Notes: generated from the letters alone by a model not told the origin. DNA of 64,000 bases from the human T2T-CHM13v2.0 reference genome, Homo sapiens (GCF_009914755.1 NC_060933.1); one strand, 5' to 3'. Shown: positions 28,431 to 42,109, numbered from the stretch's first letter. Translations and numbers: made by a program.

Positions 28431-31256
28431 TCCAATCTAACTCTTTTTTCTCTTTTCTTTTACCAAGATGTATTTATTATCTTAGCATCTTATCTGGAAC
28501 TTGATGAGCTACTTAAATCTGCTGACCCAGGTATTCTTCAGGAAAATTGCCTTCAGTTATTTGCTTGATGATTGTCTCTCCTTCATCTGTCTGTTTTTCT
28601 CATTCTAGAACTTCTATTTTTTCTCCTGAATCTATCTTTCAAAATGTACGTTTTCCCCTCATATTTTCATATAGTTTTTCTTTGTATTCCTCTATGATTT
28701 AACATATACTTCCACCTGATCTTCCAAGCCACCAATTGGAGCATCTATAATGCAGCCGTCTCTTTTATTTTATCTATTAAATCTTTAAATTTAAAAAATC
28801 TTGTGAGTTTAGCTCCAGGAACTGTGCCAACTGCTATATATTGGACTTCTTTACATATTCTCCTGCTTCTTTCAAATCTAGCTTTAAAGGAAGCAGCTCT
28901 ATTTCTTTAGTGGTCTCTTCAGATTTTTCTGTTCTGTCTACTCCCTGGCAGATGGGCCCTGTTAATAGGATGTCATTTCTCTGCGTCTACTCATTCTGGT
29001 ACCTTACATGGGAGCCCTCCTGAGCATGGTGGAAGGAGCAACCCTGTCTGTCCTGTGGCTCATTGTATTAATACCTTCAGCTGGCTGTCCATCTCTCTTC
29101 TTTCAGTGGACAAAAGCAGAGCTTCTTTGTTCTGTGATCTCTTGTGTTCTCTAAATCTCAGAGATAGAGACGAATAAACTCAACTGTTTAATATCTCTTT
29201 AATTCCTTAAAGCCAGGGAGACCCTGAAGTTCAGTTCGGAAGAACTGAAGTTCAAGAGAGCGTAAGTTAACTTTCTCCCCAGGAAGCGCAGTTTTCAGAT
29301 ATTGGCCTTAAGCTTTTGTACTGAGCCCTAAAGTTCTGACCCAAAGAGGAAAAAGTATGACAACTGGTGTCGGCCCACCCCTGCTGATTGGCCCCACAAG
29401 AAGGGGGTGAGTTGGGGTCATCACCCCATGTGGAAGAATGTGGGACACCTCAAGCCATCATCCTGCCAAAGTTTCTTCCCTCTGTGTTCATTTAGGGCAA
29501 TATTTTTGAAAGCTTATTAACTTAAACTTAGTAGTAGTTATGCCCTATCCACTAATTAGCAGCACGAGTTTGAACTAATCACCTACTTCTTTGGGCTTCA
29601 GAGTCCTTATCACTGAAATAATTAGGCCCCTTCCACTAGTCTAAGATGTCTGTCTCTGATCTTCCAGCATGCAAGTTGACTCAGCCATGTAACTGCCATA
29701 CATTCAAGTGAGAATTGCCGCTCCCTGTATCAACTCTGAGTAAGAAAATTATTTTGGAGTAAAACTTGGGCAAAACAAGGTCTTTAGTTGCCAAAAATTA
29801 TTCTGCAAGAGTTCAAAACACTAACTTTTAGTATTTACCTCAGTCAAGCCAATTTTCCTTCGGGGAACACTATTGTTCGAGTTGAAAAAAAATGAAACCT
29901 AAATTGTGGTTATGTATCTGGCATTTATAATGTAAGTATGAAAGCAATAGATTTGCCTGTGTTTTTCTAAATCACATAACTTGCAAAAAGCATGTTCACA
30001 TATGCAATTTATTTTCACATTCAAAAAATTAAACTCGAATTCTAACTGCGAAGACTTGTCCCTTAGAATTATGAGGGGAAAGAAATACCTAACACTTTTT
30101 ACAGTGCATTATTCTTTGTGGAGATGGTGTTTCCCTTTTTTTCATTGTTCCTTTAAGGTCGTATTTAACCACAGACAGTTGTCGAAGAAGCTGCAAACCT
30201 GAGAACCAGGTGCACCCTCTTAATGCCTCCTATGGAACATTTTATTAATCTCTTTGACTCCACTCTATTATCTCTGCCTGGAGTGTCCTTCCTGTCTCCT
30301 TCCTCTTCCTACAATTCCAAGCTTTAATGGTCTTTCCATTTTTAGCGTGGACTCTTTTGATGCTTGCAGCCATGGGTGTGGGGCTAGGTGGCTGGAAAAT
30401 TTAAGGTTAGATTCCATGGCCTTAAATACAGTATCATAGAAGAGTCAGTAAATACTGGAAACCATTTTAGAGTCCTATGTATTTATTATCAGTGTATGTG
30501 TATGCTTCCCCCCACCTCCCAGATAATATGCAGCTTGTAGGTGGTGTCTGTGTCTCTGATCCCCTTAAGGAACAGGACTAGTCTTTTAGATAATAGGTGT
30601 TAATTATTTTGCATTAAAATTATTTAAGTTACTAAGTATCTTTCCCACTTAAAATTTCATAATGCCCCAGTAAGAAATATTAACGCTAGAATCCAAAGAT
30701 CGTGGTAGGTAGAAGCTGCTCTTCCACAAATGCAGTTTAAAAATGCTTATTACTGCAACTGTTACCTCATTACTGCATGTTTGCAAACATTAAACTTTCT
30801 CTACTGAGAAGTGAGAAACTTTTCTAAAGTCAAAGTATCCAACCAAATTGCATCATGATTTTCCTTGACCTGGAATGGACAAAGCATTTCTTGATTCAAA
30901 AGTTTTTCTTTTTTTCTTTCTTTTTTTTTTTTTTTGTGGCCTCCTGATGTCCTAGACAGTAGTTTAAGTGATGGATGGATTGGAATCAATTGTATGCACT
31001 CTAACTATCCCTGCTATTGCTTCCGTGCAATTGTGCTGGAGCAGCAAATGAAGGATTAGAGGGTAACTCTCTGGGGGCAGTGAAAATACCCATCAATCTG
31101 TTCCTGCTGCAGGGTAATATGGATGATGTAAAGCTTGAGTAGCCAAAGATCACAGCGCATTGTTCTTCTGGAAGGAAGGGTCATCTTGAGAAAAAATAAC
31201 AATAACAACAACTATTTAGTTCTCATCTCCAGCTGACCAACAGCCTCTCACTCCTT

Positions 31257-31279
31257 ACACACACACACACACACACACA
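31257..31279. repeat. (AC)n microsatellite
   Basis: About 11 AC units read directly. Confidence 0.9.
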
Positions 31280-32084
31280 GAGCAAAATATGGGATCATAA
31301 AAATTATAATATGCTGTTTGATTATAACATTGCTATAGGATGGCAACTTACAGTATTTTATGATGACTGGCACAGAATGGGCTTGGCAGGAAAGGCTCTC
31401 ATTCTTAGTTCTCAGGAGTTGATATTTTGCAAAATCCCCTGGCTCTTTCATTTCTGTTGGTTGCTGTTGCAGAAGAAAAGTGAAGATTTCCTCCCAGTCT
31501 TTTTCCTCTGCAACTCACAGCAATTGTGGCGGATACGTGGGGTCTGTTACCATTGGTAATGTTAGCCAAATTAGTAAGTGAGAACTCTGGAAAAGGAATT
31601 TCCTGGGGATTTTCATAAGTGGTAGCTAATTTGTTTATTTTGCTTTTATCATTTTTCCTCATGAGAAAAGAAAGAAAACAGTAGCCTATGGAAAAGATTA
31701 GGAGACAGAGGCCTCTGTCTCATTTCTACTTCCTCCTGCTGACTTTGGAGTGTTTGGGAGGTCAGAGTGGAGATTGTGAAGTAGGCGGGAGAACATTCTT
31801 GTATCTCAGGTATCCTGGAAACAAAACACACATCTGGGTCTTCAAGAAAAGCCTGGATACCTGGAGTGTGGGTCCCATTGAGCTAACGCAGGGAAAAGGA
31901 GAGAAATCCTTTGGGAAAAGTCATTTCTTTCCCTTTTGAGCAACCAAAAATTAGGCAGATGTTTTAATTAACTGCTTTTTTATTTTGTTTCACGATGTGG
32001 GTATATGTGTGTATTTGGTCCCGGGTTCAGCTTCTGATAGATATATCATCTACATAATAGGTTGTTTTCTAAAGAGCAAGGCTG

Positions 32085-32375
32085 TTAAGCTGGTTAAAAG
32101 CCTGAGCCTTGGAGTCAAAAGACTTGGGTTCACATTTCAACTCTGCCATTTATTAGCTAGATGACGATCAATTCTGGAACCACAAATGGCTGATTTCAGT
32201 GACAGACCCTAGACAAATTGCCTAAATTTCTGAAGTATCAATTTCTTTCTTCATCTGTAAAATAGAGATAACAATGGTAGCTAATCATAGTTGCAGTAAG
32301 AACTTAATTAAATAATGAATGTGTGTTTATAGCACTTTCAAGGCTAAGGCTGTTATACAGTAAATGATCAGTAAA
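32085..32375 (+). mobile_element. MIR SINE
   Basis: CTTGGAGTCAAAAGACTTGGGTTCAC...CTTCATCTGTAAAATAGAGATAACAAT...CAGTAAATGATCAGTAAAC. Confidence 0.75.
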
Positions 32376-33784
32376 CATGGACATTTAAAAGCTCATTCTC
32401 TGCTCAGCTATGAACTGTTTTAAAGCTCAAATGTGATTGCAAGCCTGGGGAGAAAAATTTGCCATCTAGTATAGTATTCTGAGTGACACTTAGTGGTTGC
32501 TATGCCTTAATATCGCAAAGCACACACACACAGGCACACACACACATGCATGCACACGTACACACTCCAGAAATTACCCCTTTATAACAGAGATGCAGAC
32601 TCAGATACATGGATTATGTCTGTAAGTAATACGATGTGGTAGTGATTCCAGTTATCAAACCTAGGTTAAATCAAAACCGTCCCATAATTCTAACCCAGAG
32701 TACGAGATAGTGTCTTAAATGACCTCCGCCATCCAGTTTTTGTACTTGAAGAAGTCAAATAGTTCTCCTCTCAACTTCTGTCTATTTTATACGTTGCTGT
32801 TGAACTGCCTCATTGTGATTCTTGAAGGTGCAACTGTATAGTAATTATCCACATCTGAAAAAGGAAGAAAAAAAATCTTACACTCTTGATGACTTATTTT
32901 TGCTTGGTGCTTGGCAAGCCATTTAAGTTAGGTTTTAATCAGTGTTGGCATCACTTCTGCTCATGCTATAAAGAATTATGTTCCTACATATGTGAAGCCC
33001 CAGGAGGAAAGAACCTTCAGACAACACTAAAGCTTTGGTCGGGCCTTCCCAGGAAACCATGCAGTCTTTATGGACCACTGGGAATAGCCTCAGATTTTCA
33101 CAGATGTGATCGCTTCAAAAGGGTGACCTTCTGTGTAGTTCACATAATCAATTCCAGTCAATTCTCACTGCCCTCGTTTATCCCCCAAGGGGGAATAAGC
33201 TTGTAAGAATCAGAAGCATCTAAACAAGCAAAGGAAGACACCATAGAATGAAGAGGTGACAGACAATCAGGGGAGAGAGAGAAGAGGAAACCATTTGCAA
33301 TGGTTTATAACTGCTTTCTCATAAATGTTTCAGTAATTGCAAAGTCTCTCTGATTAATGTTTATAGTTCCCACTCATTTCAGGCTGGCATATGACCCCTG
33401 ATCCTTTGTTAGTATTTTGTATATGAGGACAGTGACACTGGGCATAGGCATTTCTAGTAATTTTGCCACCCAAAAATAATGTCAACCTTTTCTGTAACTG
33501 CAGTTGCAACAGATCAACCAGTTGCTGTGCACAATTGGCAAAAGCATGGGGTTTGAATTTTAGGACTCGTTTACAACCTGCATCAAGGAAGGGATAGCTG
33601 AGCTATAAACAAAGAAGGAAATGTGAGTTATAAAAGACGTAACCACAGAGATGTTTCATAGGTCACTTTCACAGTTGACTCAATATTGCTCAGTGTGGAA
33701 TTAAACTCCTCAATGCCAACTTGGCAGCAAGTGCACTTTTTAATCTCTATATACAATTATAGTGTTGACAAGTCAAGGGGTCGA

Positions 33785-34140
33785 GGGGGAGACATGCCAC
33801 ACAGATTTGTCTTCAAGAAGAGACTTGTTGCCCAGCTGTGGAGAGCATAGTCAGCTGACAGCTGGAAACGGTCACCTCCCTCAGGGTAGACCGCAGCTGC
33901 AAAAAGCCTGCTAGTCCAAAACTTGGGACATCTCTAACAAGGAATATTTGCTTCAGATGTCCTCCACCTCCACTCTGGCATAGGGTGGCTGAGGCTATTT
34001 GGACCTATAGCAAACTTTGGCCTCTCTCACTCTGCCCAAGTGTGCTTCCTTCTAACCTTCATGAGTGTCGATACCTAACAAACATCTTGCTCCCCAAATT
34101 TAGTCTCACCATCTACTTCTGGAGATCTTGATGTGTAACA
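33785..34140 (+). mobile_element. LTR16(C)-like ERVL solo LTR
   Basis: ACTTGTTGCCCAGCTG...CAGCTGACAGC...CCTAACAAACATCTTGC...CTTCTGGAGA...TGTAACA. Confidence 0.7.
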
Positions 34141-36434
34141 TAATTTCTCACTAGCATACTGCTTTTAAATTTTTCCCCCAGAATTCAAGGAGCCCCCAAG
34201 GCTCCAAGGCTTGAAATCATTACACTGATGTTTGGAAGTAGAAGTTGCATAGATTCCTCCACTGTTTTGCTATTTGCTATTTGATATCCAGTGTTACTTT
34301 TGTGAGAACAGAATGAGTCTATACAGAATTAAATGAAGGCTGAGAAATTCATTTGTCAACTTATCGGGACTTGCATTAGGATATGAAGCTGGAAATAGAA
34401 GTACTGTAAGAACGATATAACCCCTGACTTCAAGAGGATCACAGTCTAAGAGAGAGTAAGAGACTAAACGAACCAAATATTATAGCCAAAAAAAAGTTTA
34501 AAAGGTAAAAAGAGTAAAGGATTGGAGGGGATAAGGTAGACAGAATAAAGACAGGGAGACACAGTGGAGAATAAATGGCAGAGGAGAAAGAGGAATCAAC
34601 ATCAGCTTACCATCATCCAAGGACATCAGATAATTCATCAGAGAAGAAATTTTTTTCTCTTGACTCAATCTTCATATTAGTTTTTGAGACTAAGTTATAT
34701 TTCTAACAAAAGTCATTAAACAATTGCCTATAAAAATGGGTAAAATAGGGAAAAATGAGAAAAATGGGGGAAACAGAACTCTTCAGTCTCCTCAAAGAGT
34801 TCTGGTTGACTTTCCAACTAGCTCAGAACAGCATCATTTTCTTGTGTCACCTCAGTTGTGCTTCTTTTTTCGGCTCCCCACATTTTTTCGTAATCTTACT
34901 CAGCATGGATTCCATACTTCCACCCAAGTGCATATGTATTCCTTCTGTTCAAGAGACCCAGGCACTTGCATTTCATCTCGTTGGTCCAGGCAGATGGGAG
35001 CAGTGTGGCCAAACAAGTACAGTCAGAGACTTGGATTAAATCTAGTTGACTGCTGTGTTCCTTGTACTATATCAAAGTGAATGTCCGCCAATGTCACATA
35101 AGAATGTATACAAATTAACTGCAGACAAGAGGACATATGAGAAAAAGAATCAACAAAACTATAGTATTAAGGAATGTTTAAGTAAGTGAGTTGAATCAAA
35201 ATAATTTAACTTAAAAATAAGTTAGTTGTGAAACGTAACAGCTTAAGTAGTAAATACAGATAAAGAAGACAGGAGGTTAAGGAAATTTAGGAAGTTAAAC
35301 TTGGGAATAAGCAGACTGGAAAAATCTTAAGATTTATTCATGAATAAAAAATTGGAAAAATAAGACAGAATAATACCAAATCCTTTTATTGCTAAAGACT
35401 AATTTTAATGCACTTTGACGTACTGTCTCATTTTTTTTGAACACCCTATGAAAACTATAGAAACAGCAACTCTTGTCTTCCTTTTTAAAGTGAGGATACT
35501 GAGGTTTGAAGAGGATAAAAAGTTCACTTTTATAAACTGCTTCACTAGTTAGTGAAAAATCTGGAATCTATGCCCTGCTCTCTTGATTCTGAGTCTAAGA
35601 CCTCTTCTCATTAGACCTTGATGAATGTCTTCTACGATTGAGGAGGATGAACACCGAGCTGCCAGAACCCCCATTCTTTATACAACCCAAGGAATACTTG
35701 AAAGAAAATAAAGAACTTTGTCCTTAGAAACAAGCCATCTGTTACAGAGAGGAGCAAAACAGCCAGGCATTCATGAGCCGCACATCAGTTCTGCCAGGAT
35801 CTGGCTGGGCAGCCTCTGTTGCAAGGTGTTTAATCTCTGATTCCTGTAAATCAGGAACAATATCAACTGGTTGATGGAGAGTTTGGAGAAGTCCAGGGCA
35901 AAGTGAATGCAACAACAAACACCAACTTAACTTCAGCCAAGACCAGCTCTGCAAATTCTTTCTAGGGCAGGTCAGATTGATTAGGTTTACCTCTAGCCTA
36001 ATGCCTATATTACCAATAGGAGCATCCGTGCCATTCAACCTATAATGCTTAGACATTGTGAAGAAAAATTGACAAGGATGACAATTTTTATCTGAAAAGA
36101 AACATACATTAAAATCTGGGCTTGTTTTTGTTTTCACTTGCTTAACATTTTTGTTCATCGTTTATAGCACATCGTCAGCAATGAGGAATGATGGTAATGA
36201 ATCTCTTTTTTTCCTTGCTCTTGCTTTTTAACCCTTTTTAGTCTCATCTATCTATTTCTGTTTTTAATTGTGGAAGGGAAAGTTACAAAAATGCTGCTTT
36301 AAAATTATTAGAAAGGAGACATGACAGATCATTTTTTAATGTTTTGCATTTTCTCAAAGTATTAGCAGAACTCAAAAATGGTTGTTTTGTGATAAATAGC
36401 CATCATCTACTTTGGTAAAGTGGCATGCAAAATT

Positions 36435-37075
36435 GCTCCTGTGAATGCCAGACATAGTCCTGACTCAGGGACTTTGCAATTGCTATTCCTTCTGCCTGAG
36501 CACCTTTCCCATAGATATTTATCTTTCTGGCTTTCTCACCTCCTTCAAGTCTTTACTCAAATGACATATCTTAGTCAAGTCTTCCCTAATTACCCCGTTT
36601 TACATTGCAATCTGCCCTAGCATGCCCTACTCTCTTTTTCGACTTTATTTTTCCCATAAAATCATTGAATTTTAAGATCCTGTATAATTTACTTATAAGC
36701 TGGAGGCGGGAGACCTGAGTGATTGAAAGGTGGACTCTAGAGCCAACCTGCTTGGGATCAAGTTCTAGTTCTGCCTCTTATTACTTCTCAAATCTTGGGC
36801 AAATTACAAAATATTGTCTATAAAATCGGAATGATAGTAGTAACTATGTCATCAGGTGATTATGGGGATTAAATCAATGCCTGGCACATAAAAAAAGAAG
36901 TACTATATGTGTTAGTAATTATACAATTATTTCTGGCCATTGGAACATATATTCTGTGCAGGTGGTAGATTTTGTCTTTTTTGTTCACTAGTATATACAC
37001 AGCGACTTAATCAGTTCCTGGCACACATCAAGTGCTCTAAAAATATTTATTGAACAAGTGAATAAAGGAAGGACA
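36435..37075 (+). mobile_element. L2 3' end with an inserted MIR (~36715-36900)
   Basis: CTCAGGGACTTTGCAATTGCTATTCCTTCTGCCTG...CCTGGCACAC...AAATATTTATTGAACAAGTGAATAAA. Internal MIR GGACTCTAGAGCCAACCTG...TAAAATCGGAATGATAGTAG. Confidence 0.78.
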
Positions 37076-38283
37076 AATATGTGAAAAAGCAGGCAGTCCT
37101 TTTTGTGTGCAGGAACCAGTGTCTGTAGTTAAACCATGTTTGGCGGCACACAAAGACATTAAGCTTGGTTAGTTTTAGTTTCTCACCTACCTGCAAATTT
37201 TTACTTTAGAAGCCCCTCAGTGTGCACAAGGTAGCGAATTAACATATTAAACTTTCCCTCTTCACCTAGATGTTCTGATATCCAGGTTTGTAAGAAAAAG
37301 AGAGAGTGAAAAAAAGTTGTATGGGTGAACATTTCAAAATCTGTAGGGTGAAAACTCCTGTTTTATGTTTGGGTATCTGGGATAATTCTTCAGTAGTGGG
37401 AGCACAGTTCTACTGGAGAAGGGGAGAATATAAAGATTGCATGAGGAGGACAAGAAAGTCCAGGAGAAGGGCCAGGATTCTAGCAAAGCATTCACGGCAG
37501 AAGTTAATCAAGAGAAATAAGACCGGTAGCCAGTGGGTGTACCTGGTGTGGCAAGATAATATTTTGATATATTAACAGATGTGTTTCTCCTTCCCAGATT
37601 TCTTCCTCTGCGATATCACAAAACAAAATGCCAAAGACAAAAGGAGTCAAAGCTCAGCTTTTGAGTGGCAAAATAAACTTTTGAAAATTGTGACAGAGAC
37701 AGTGGTATAAGAAAAAAAGTTATGAGTTTCGAAATTCTTGGTTTTGAGTTTCAAAATCTACAGCTCCAGGGGACACAGGGCATAAAGTTTATGCATGAAG
37801 CAATAGGTCGGAAAGAAAACAAAGCTGGCAAGAGCTGGTTTTCCCCACTTCACCTCCACCCTACAGCAAGGTTAGATTCCTCTAGGCTGGATGAGAACGT
37901 TAAGCCAGAGGAAAGCAAGGTTTTAAGCACATGAAATGTTCTGAAAGGGGTCATATGCTCGTGCGCCTCTCTCCAACTGAGACCAGGCACTGGGACTTTA
38001 GAATCCAAGATCAGTCTGGGAGGTCTAATGGTGGCGCTGATCTGTGCCTTGCTTCCTAATTGAATGTTGAAGAGGCAGCCAGCCTTGGCTTTCTCCTCTG
38101 GGTCACATAGAGGAGTTGAGGTGACTAGAAAGTCTCTTAGTCAACAGGAAGTAAGCTTATGAAGTTCCTCTGCCCTAGACATGGTATAAGGATGCTCAGA
38201 ACTTTCACCACGGACCTGAGAAGCAGTGTAGCTATAGCCCAGAGAGCAGGGGCTTACAAGTCTTTTCAGTGTGAATAGAAAAG

Positions 38284-38890
38284 TGTAATGACCATGTCTT
38301 TTATTTTCTATGTTTTGATCCTTTGACACCTAGGCCCTTGCTGACCCTGAAGGAACTATCCCAACTAGGGCTGGCCAATTCCTAAAGATAGTAAAAACCT
38401 TGCCAGCTCAACTAGCAGGCTTTTAAAATGCAAACCAACCAATCCAGATCCCACATTCCTAACCACCTCCTTTTAAAGGTGGTTAGGAATGTGGGCTCTG
38501 GATTGATCTCACATTCTGAGACACTATTCACCTGAACTAATTACCCCAGGGCCAGGTACTAGATAACTAGGGACAGCCCTGACACACCAGAGTCCACTGA
38601 AATCATTCAAACTGGCCAATCCTAAACCTGTTTAACCTGCCTTACCTGTTTCTTCCAACGGAAACCACAATAAAGTATCTTGCTCACAATTCCTTTCTCT
38701 CCCTCTGCCTCCTGACTAACCCTGGTGATTCCCCATGTGTCCCCTCGCACCATAGCATGATGTGCTCCTCCTCTTGGGATCTGTGAGTATAACAAATTAT
38801 CTCATCAATGTCAATCATCTCCTGATCTGTTGGCCTTATCCTACCTCAATAATAAATATAATATAGGCATAATAAAACCTCTATTAAAAA
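38284..38890 (+). mobile_element. MER74A-like ERVL solo LTR carrying an internal inverted insertion
   Basis: TGTAATGACCATG...CTTGCTGACCCTG...GCCAATTCCTAAAGATAG...GGAAACCACAATAAAG...CTGATCTGTTGGCCTTA...TAATAAAACCT. Confidence 0.82.
38440..38505. repeat. Inverted repeat: 29-bp arms, 1 mismatch, 8-bp spacer
   Basis: CAATCCAGATCCCACATTCCTAACCACCT (38440-68) / AGGTGGTTAGGAATGTGGGCTCTGGATTG (38477-505). Confidence 0.97.
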
Positions 38891-39319
38891 GGGAGTGAAT
38901 TGTAGGTCAATAAGCAGAAATCAGAAGGAATATTAAGGGCAGTGGGTAGACAAAAGCAGACAACCAGTTACTCTTTTCCACTAATGCATTGCGCTACAAG
39001 AGCCTTCCAAAACTCAGACACAATTGGGAAAGGAAGGAAACACCTTGAGTTGATGGAGAAAACACTAAAGTCAATGAGATAATCCCAAATTGATTATGGA
39101 GAAGCTGAGACAAATCTGAACTGGCTGAGAATTAGTTTTTAGTTTTTTTAGTTTTAGTTCTACATTCTCCACTCACCAGAAAGCAGAAATTATTTTAAGT
39201 TAAAGTAAATAACATTATATTTCCTGTGCCTATGAACTTGTAGACTGCAATTGGGATACGAGTATGGATGGAAGAAAGATTTGGTAAATAAGTAAAGAAC
39301 ATAATTCATTGCACCAGAG

Positions 39320-39530
39320 CAGATGTTGGCAAACTATAGGCCACAGGCCAAGTTCAACCTGTTTTTGCAAATAAAGTTTTGTTGGAACAGAGCTACAACT
39401 ATTCATTTACATGTTATCGATGGTTGCTTTCCAGCTACAAAGACAAGTTGAGTAGTTACGACAGAGACCATATGTCCTGCAAAGCTTAAAATGTTTACTA
39501 TCTAGCCCTTTACAAAAAACTTTTGCCCTG
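39320..39530 (+). mobile_element. MER58A (hAT-Charlie) DNA transposon
   Basis: CAGATGTTGGCAAACTATAGGCC...AAATAAAGTTTTGTTGGAACA...CCCTTTACAAAAAACTTTTGCCCTG. Confidence 0.88.
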
Positions 39531-39905
39531 AACTAGAGTACACCAGAGTACAACATCAGCAAAAGCTAAATTATTATTGTGACTGTGCTCTACTGATATA
39601 CAGTTGTTTAAATTTCTCCTTTTGAGATTGGCCCTAGAATCTGGGGTAAGTAGGCCAGTGGCAGAAATTAAGAGAAATATGAAAAATAGAAACATAAAAT
39701 AGGCAGGACATATTACAGTTCCTCTCTGTGCTCCTCACATAATCCTTTTCATGTGTTAGGTGTCTATTTAATACTTGATGATTTGATTTTATATCTGGAA
39801 AGTGCATGCTTTGAATGATCTGTGGGCATCCCCATCTGTGAATTACAGTGGTTTCATTCCTATCTGTGAATGTAAATGAAAGTAGTTTTAGTAATTAGGT
39901 ATCTT

Positions 39906-40218
<313 letters not shown>

Positions 40219-40479
40219 TTAGTTATCTTATCCTCTGAGTCCAAGTTCTCCAAGGAAAAGAGCATAGGTGGTAGGTGGTACAGGTCTTAGTTTTTATTTT
40301 GTCACACTTTCTGAATGATTTTTTATAAGTCACCTTGACCAGCACTTCTCAATGGGGGACAGGGGTGGGAATATTTTATCTCTTTGCCCCAAGGGACATT
40401 TGACCATGTCCAGAGACATTTTTGGTTTTCACAACTCGGGTAGTGGTACTATAAGCAGGATCTAGGCAGGTGGTGCTAA

Positions 40480-42109
40480 GGTTTGGACCATAATCCTGAA
40501 CACTATGATCCTGAATGCTGAAATCCTGAAAGACCAAAATTCCTAAAATCTAAAATCATGAAAATCACAATTCTGAAATGTCAAAATACTGAAAATATAA
40601 TTCTAGGAAAAAATAACTTTATAAATTTTTTATAAAATTTGCATTTTAAAATGTTGGTTTTACTTACATTTATAAAAGGTGGTTTATTTGAGAAACATAA
40701 AATATGACAGAACACTTCATAGGCTGCTTTATACATAAAAGGGACAGTAATAACATGTATATTTTTGCAAGTATAAACACTCCAGCATGCTAGCAACAGT
40801 AGCATGAGTATAACAGTTATAAGCAGATGAATTTAAGAATAGCCTATATAACTGCAGTCATCTGAAAAACCATGACAGACAACCTAAGACTTTTGATGAG
40901 ACTAATCAAAAACTGAGATGAGTCAGGACCACATAGGCAGATGCTCAAAGAGCCAAGATCTTGGGGCATTTTATCTTTCACGAATGCAGATGTTCAAAAA
41001 GAACGTCCCTTCATTGATTGAGGAAATTGTAAAGTTTTTACATATACACACAATACAAACACACTATATCAATGTTGTTATATTTGTCTAATCAAATTTG
41101 CAAAAGATGCATACAAGAAATTAGAACTCTTTAAAAGTCTTTACACAATGTATGCCTCCAATATTGAAAATGATGTGAAGGTAAAATACATAGTATATCG
41201 AACTGCAAAAAATAATGCTGACAATTTAAAATAGTGGGGGAAAACACTAAAAAAGAAAACAAAACACTAAAAAGAAAAATTAGCATATGAAAACTGTATA
41301 TTATAGGGATGGATTATAGGCAAATTGCATAGAGGTCGCTCCTAAGAGCTGGCCAACTTTCCCCATCATTAACTGTATTTTGAAGACTTGCAACACAATA
41401 AGTAACTGCTTTCTTCCTCTTAGGGCGTGGTTCTTCTCAGAGAATACATCACATTCATTTTCTACATGGCACTGCTGTTTCTGAAATTTTTTTATAATTC
41501 AGTATGAACTGACATAAGCGTTTTCTATTACATTTTCCCATATTCTGTGCCATACTTCTACGTTGTTCTGGGCTCAAGGAAATTCATTTTACATGTGCTC
41601 ATATATAGACCACAAATTTGGCAGAAACAATACTGGTGATGGAACAGCAACACTGTTGCATAAGTGACTTCTTATCCTACCATGCACATAATTATTTTCT
41701 AACCAGCCAGTAACTTCACTGGCTTCTTCAGGAAAATGCAGCTTTAATTCATTAAAAGCTCCTGGAATGTCATCAGCTGGAAGGGTTGCCAATGCTGGCA
41801 AATGACTCATTTTTAAACTGAAGTTTTCCTTATTGTCATATCATGTGGCCAATCCATTCATCTGAATTTTCTGTTAAATGCATTGGGCTGAATGAAAAAG
41901 CAAAATTTATTGGTTAACAACTTGAAATGTTCTTTTAGAAGCCTTGATCACACTTAATTTCAAGTCTGTCATTATAGTTTGGGGATTCAATCAGCTGTTA
42001 GGGATTTTAGACTTTAGGGGTTTATACTTTAGGGGTTTCGATCTTTCAGGATTTCAACATTTGGCATTATGACATTCAGCATTGTGTCTTTGGGATTATG
42101 ATTGGCACT
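40480..42109 (-). mobile_element. Ricksha-family MuDR/MULE DNA transposon, internally deleted
   Basis: Terminal inverted arrays of (AATCCTGAA/AATCCCTAAA)-type units at 40480-40580 and their complements at 41997-42109. Internal MULE transposase remnant on the minus strand. Confidence 0.85.
41530..41990 (-). pseudogene. Decayed MULE (Mutator-like) DDE transposase fragment
   Basis: Minus-strand translation across frameshifts: PQTIMTDLK (second D), C..FHSAQC (CxxH), LATLPADDIPGAFNELK...LENNYVHGR...LPNLWSIYE (ORF 41589-41810), P*AQNNVEVWHRIWE (catalytic E region). Confidence 0.8.

Larger units (their letters stand above)
25060..29470 (-). mobile_element. Ancient L1ME-type LINE (N-terminal ORF2, ORF1 and possibly 5' region), interrupted by FLAM and AluJ
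   Basis: T-rich antisense L1 remnants: TTGATAGATTTCTTGAT, TATAAAATGAATTAAGCA, TTTTGTCTACTAGATCT, TCTTCAGGAAAATTGCCTTCAGTTATTT. Extension beyond ~28800 is uncertain. Confidence 0.65.

Noticed and set aside
7250-29470. Idea that the two antisense L1ME blocks (7.3-9.6 kb and 25.1-29.5 kb) are one split element
   Set aside because: They appear to cover overlapping parts of ORF2, so they are more likely separate insertions.
35742-36158. 138-aa minus-strand ORF
   Set aside because: No recognisable homology, no convincing splice context, random-looking composition.
40480-40580. Spaced short repeats (AATCCTGAA) superficially like a CRISPR or iteron array
   Set aside because: They are the subterminal repeats of the Ricksha TIR, mirrored at 41997-42109; the context is eukaryotic.
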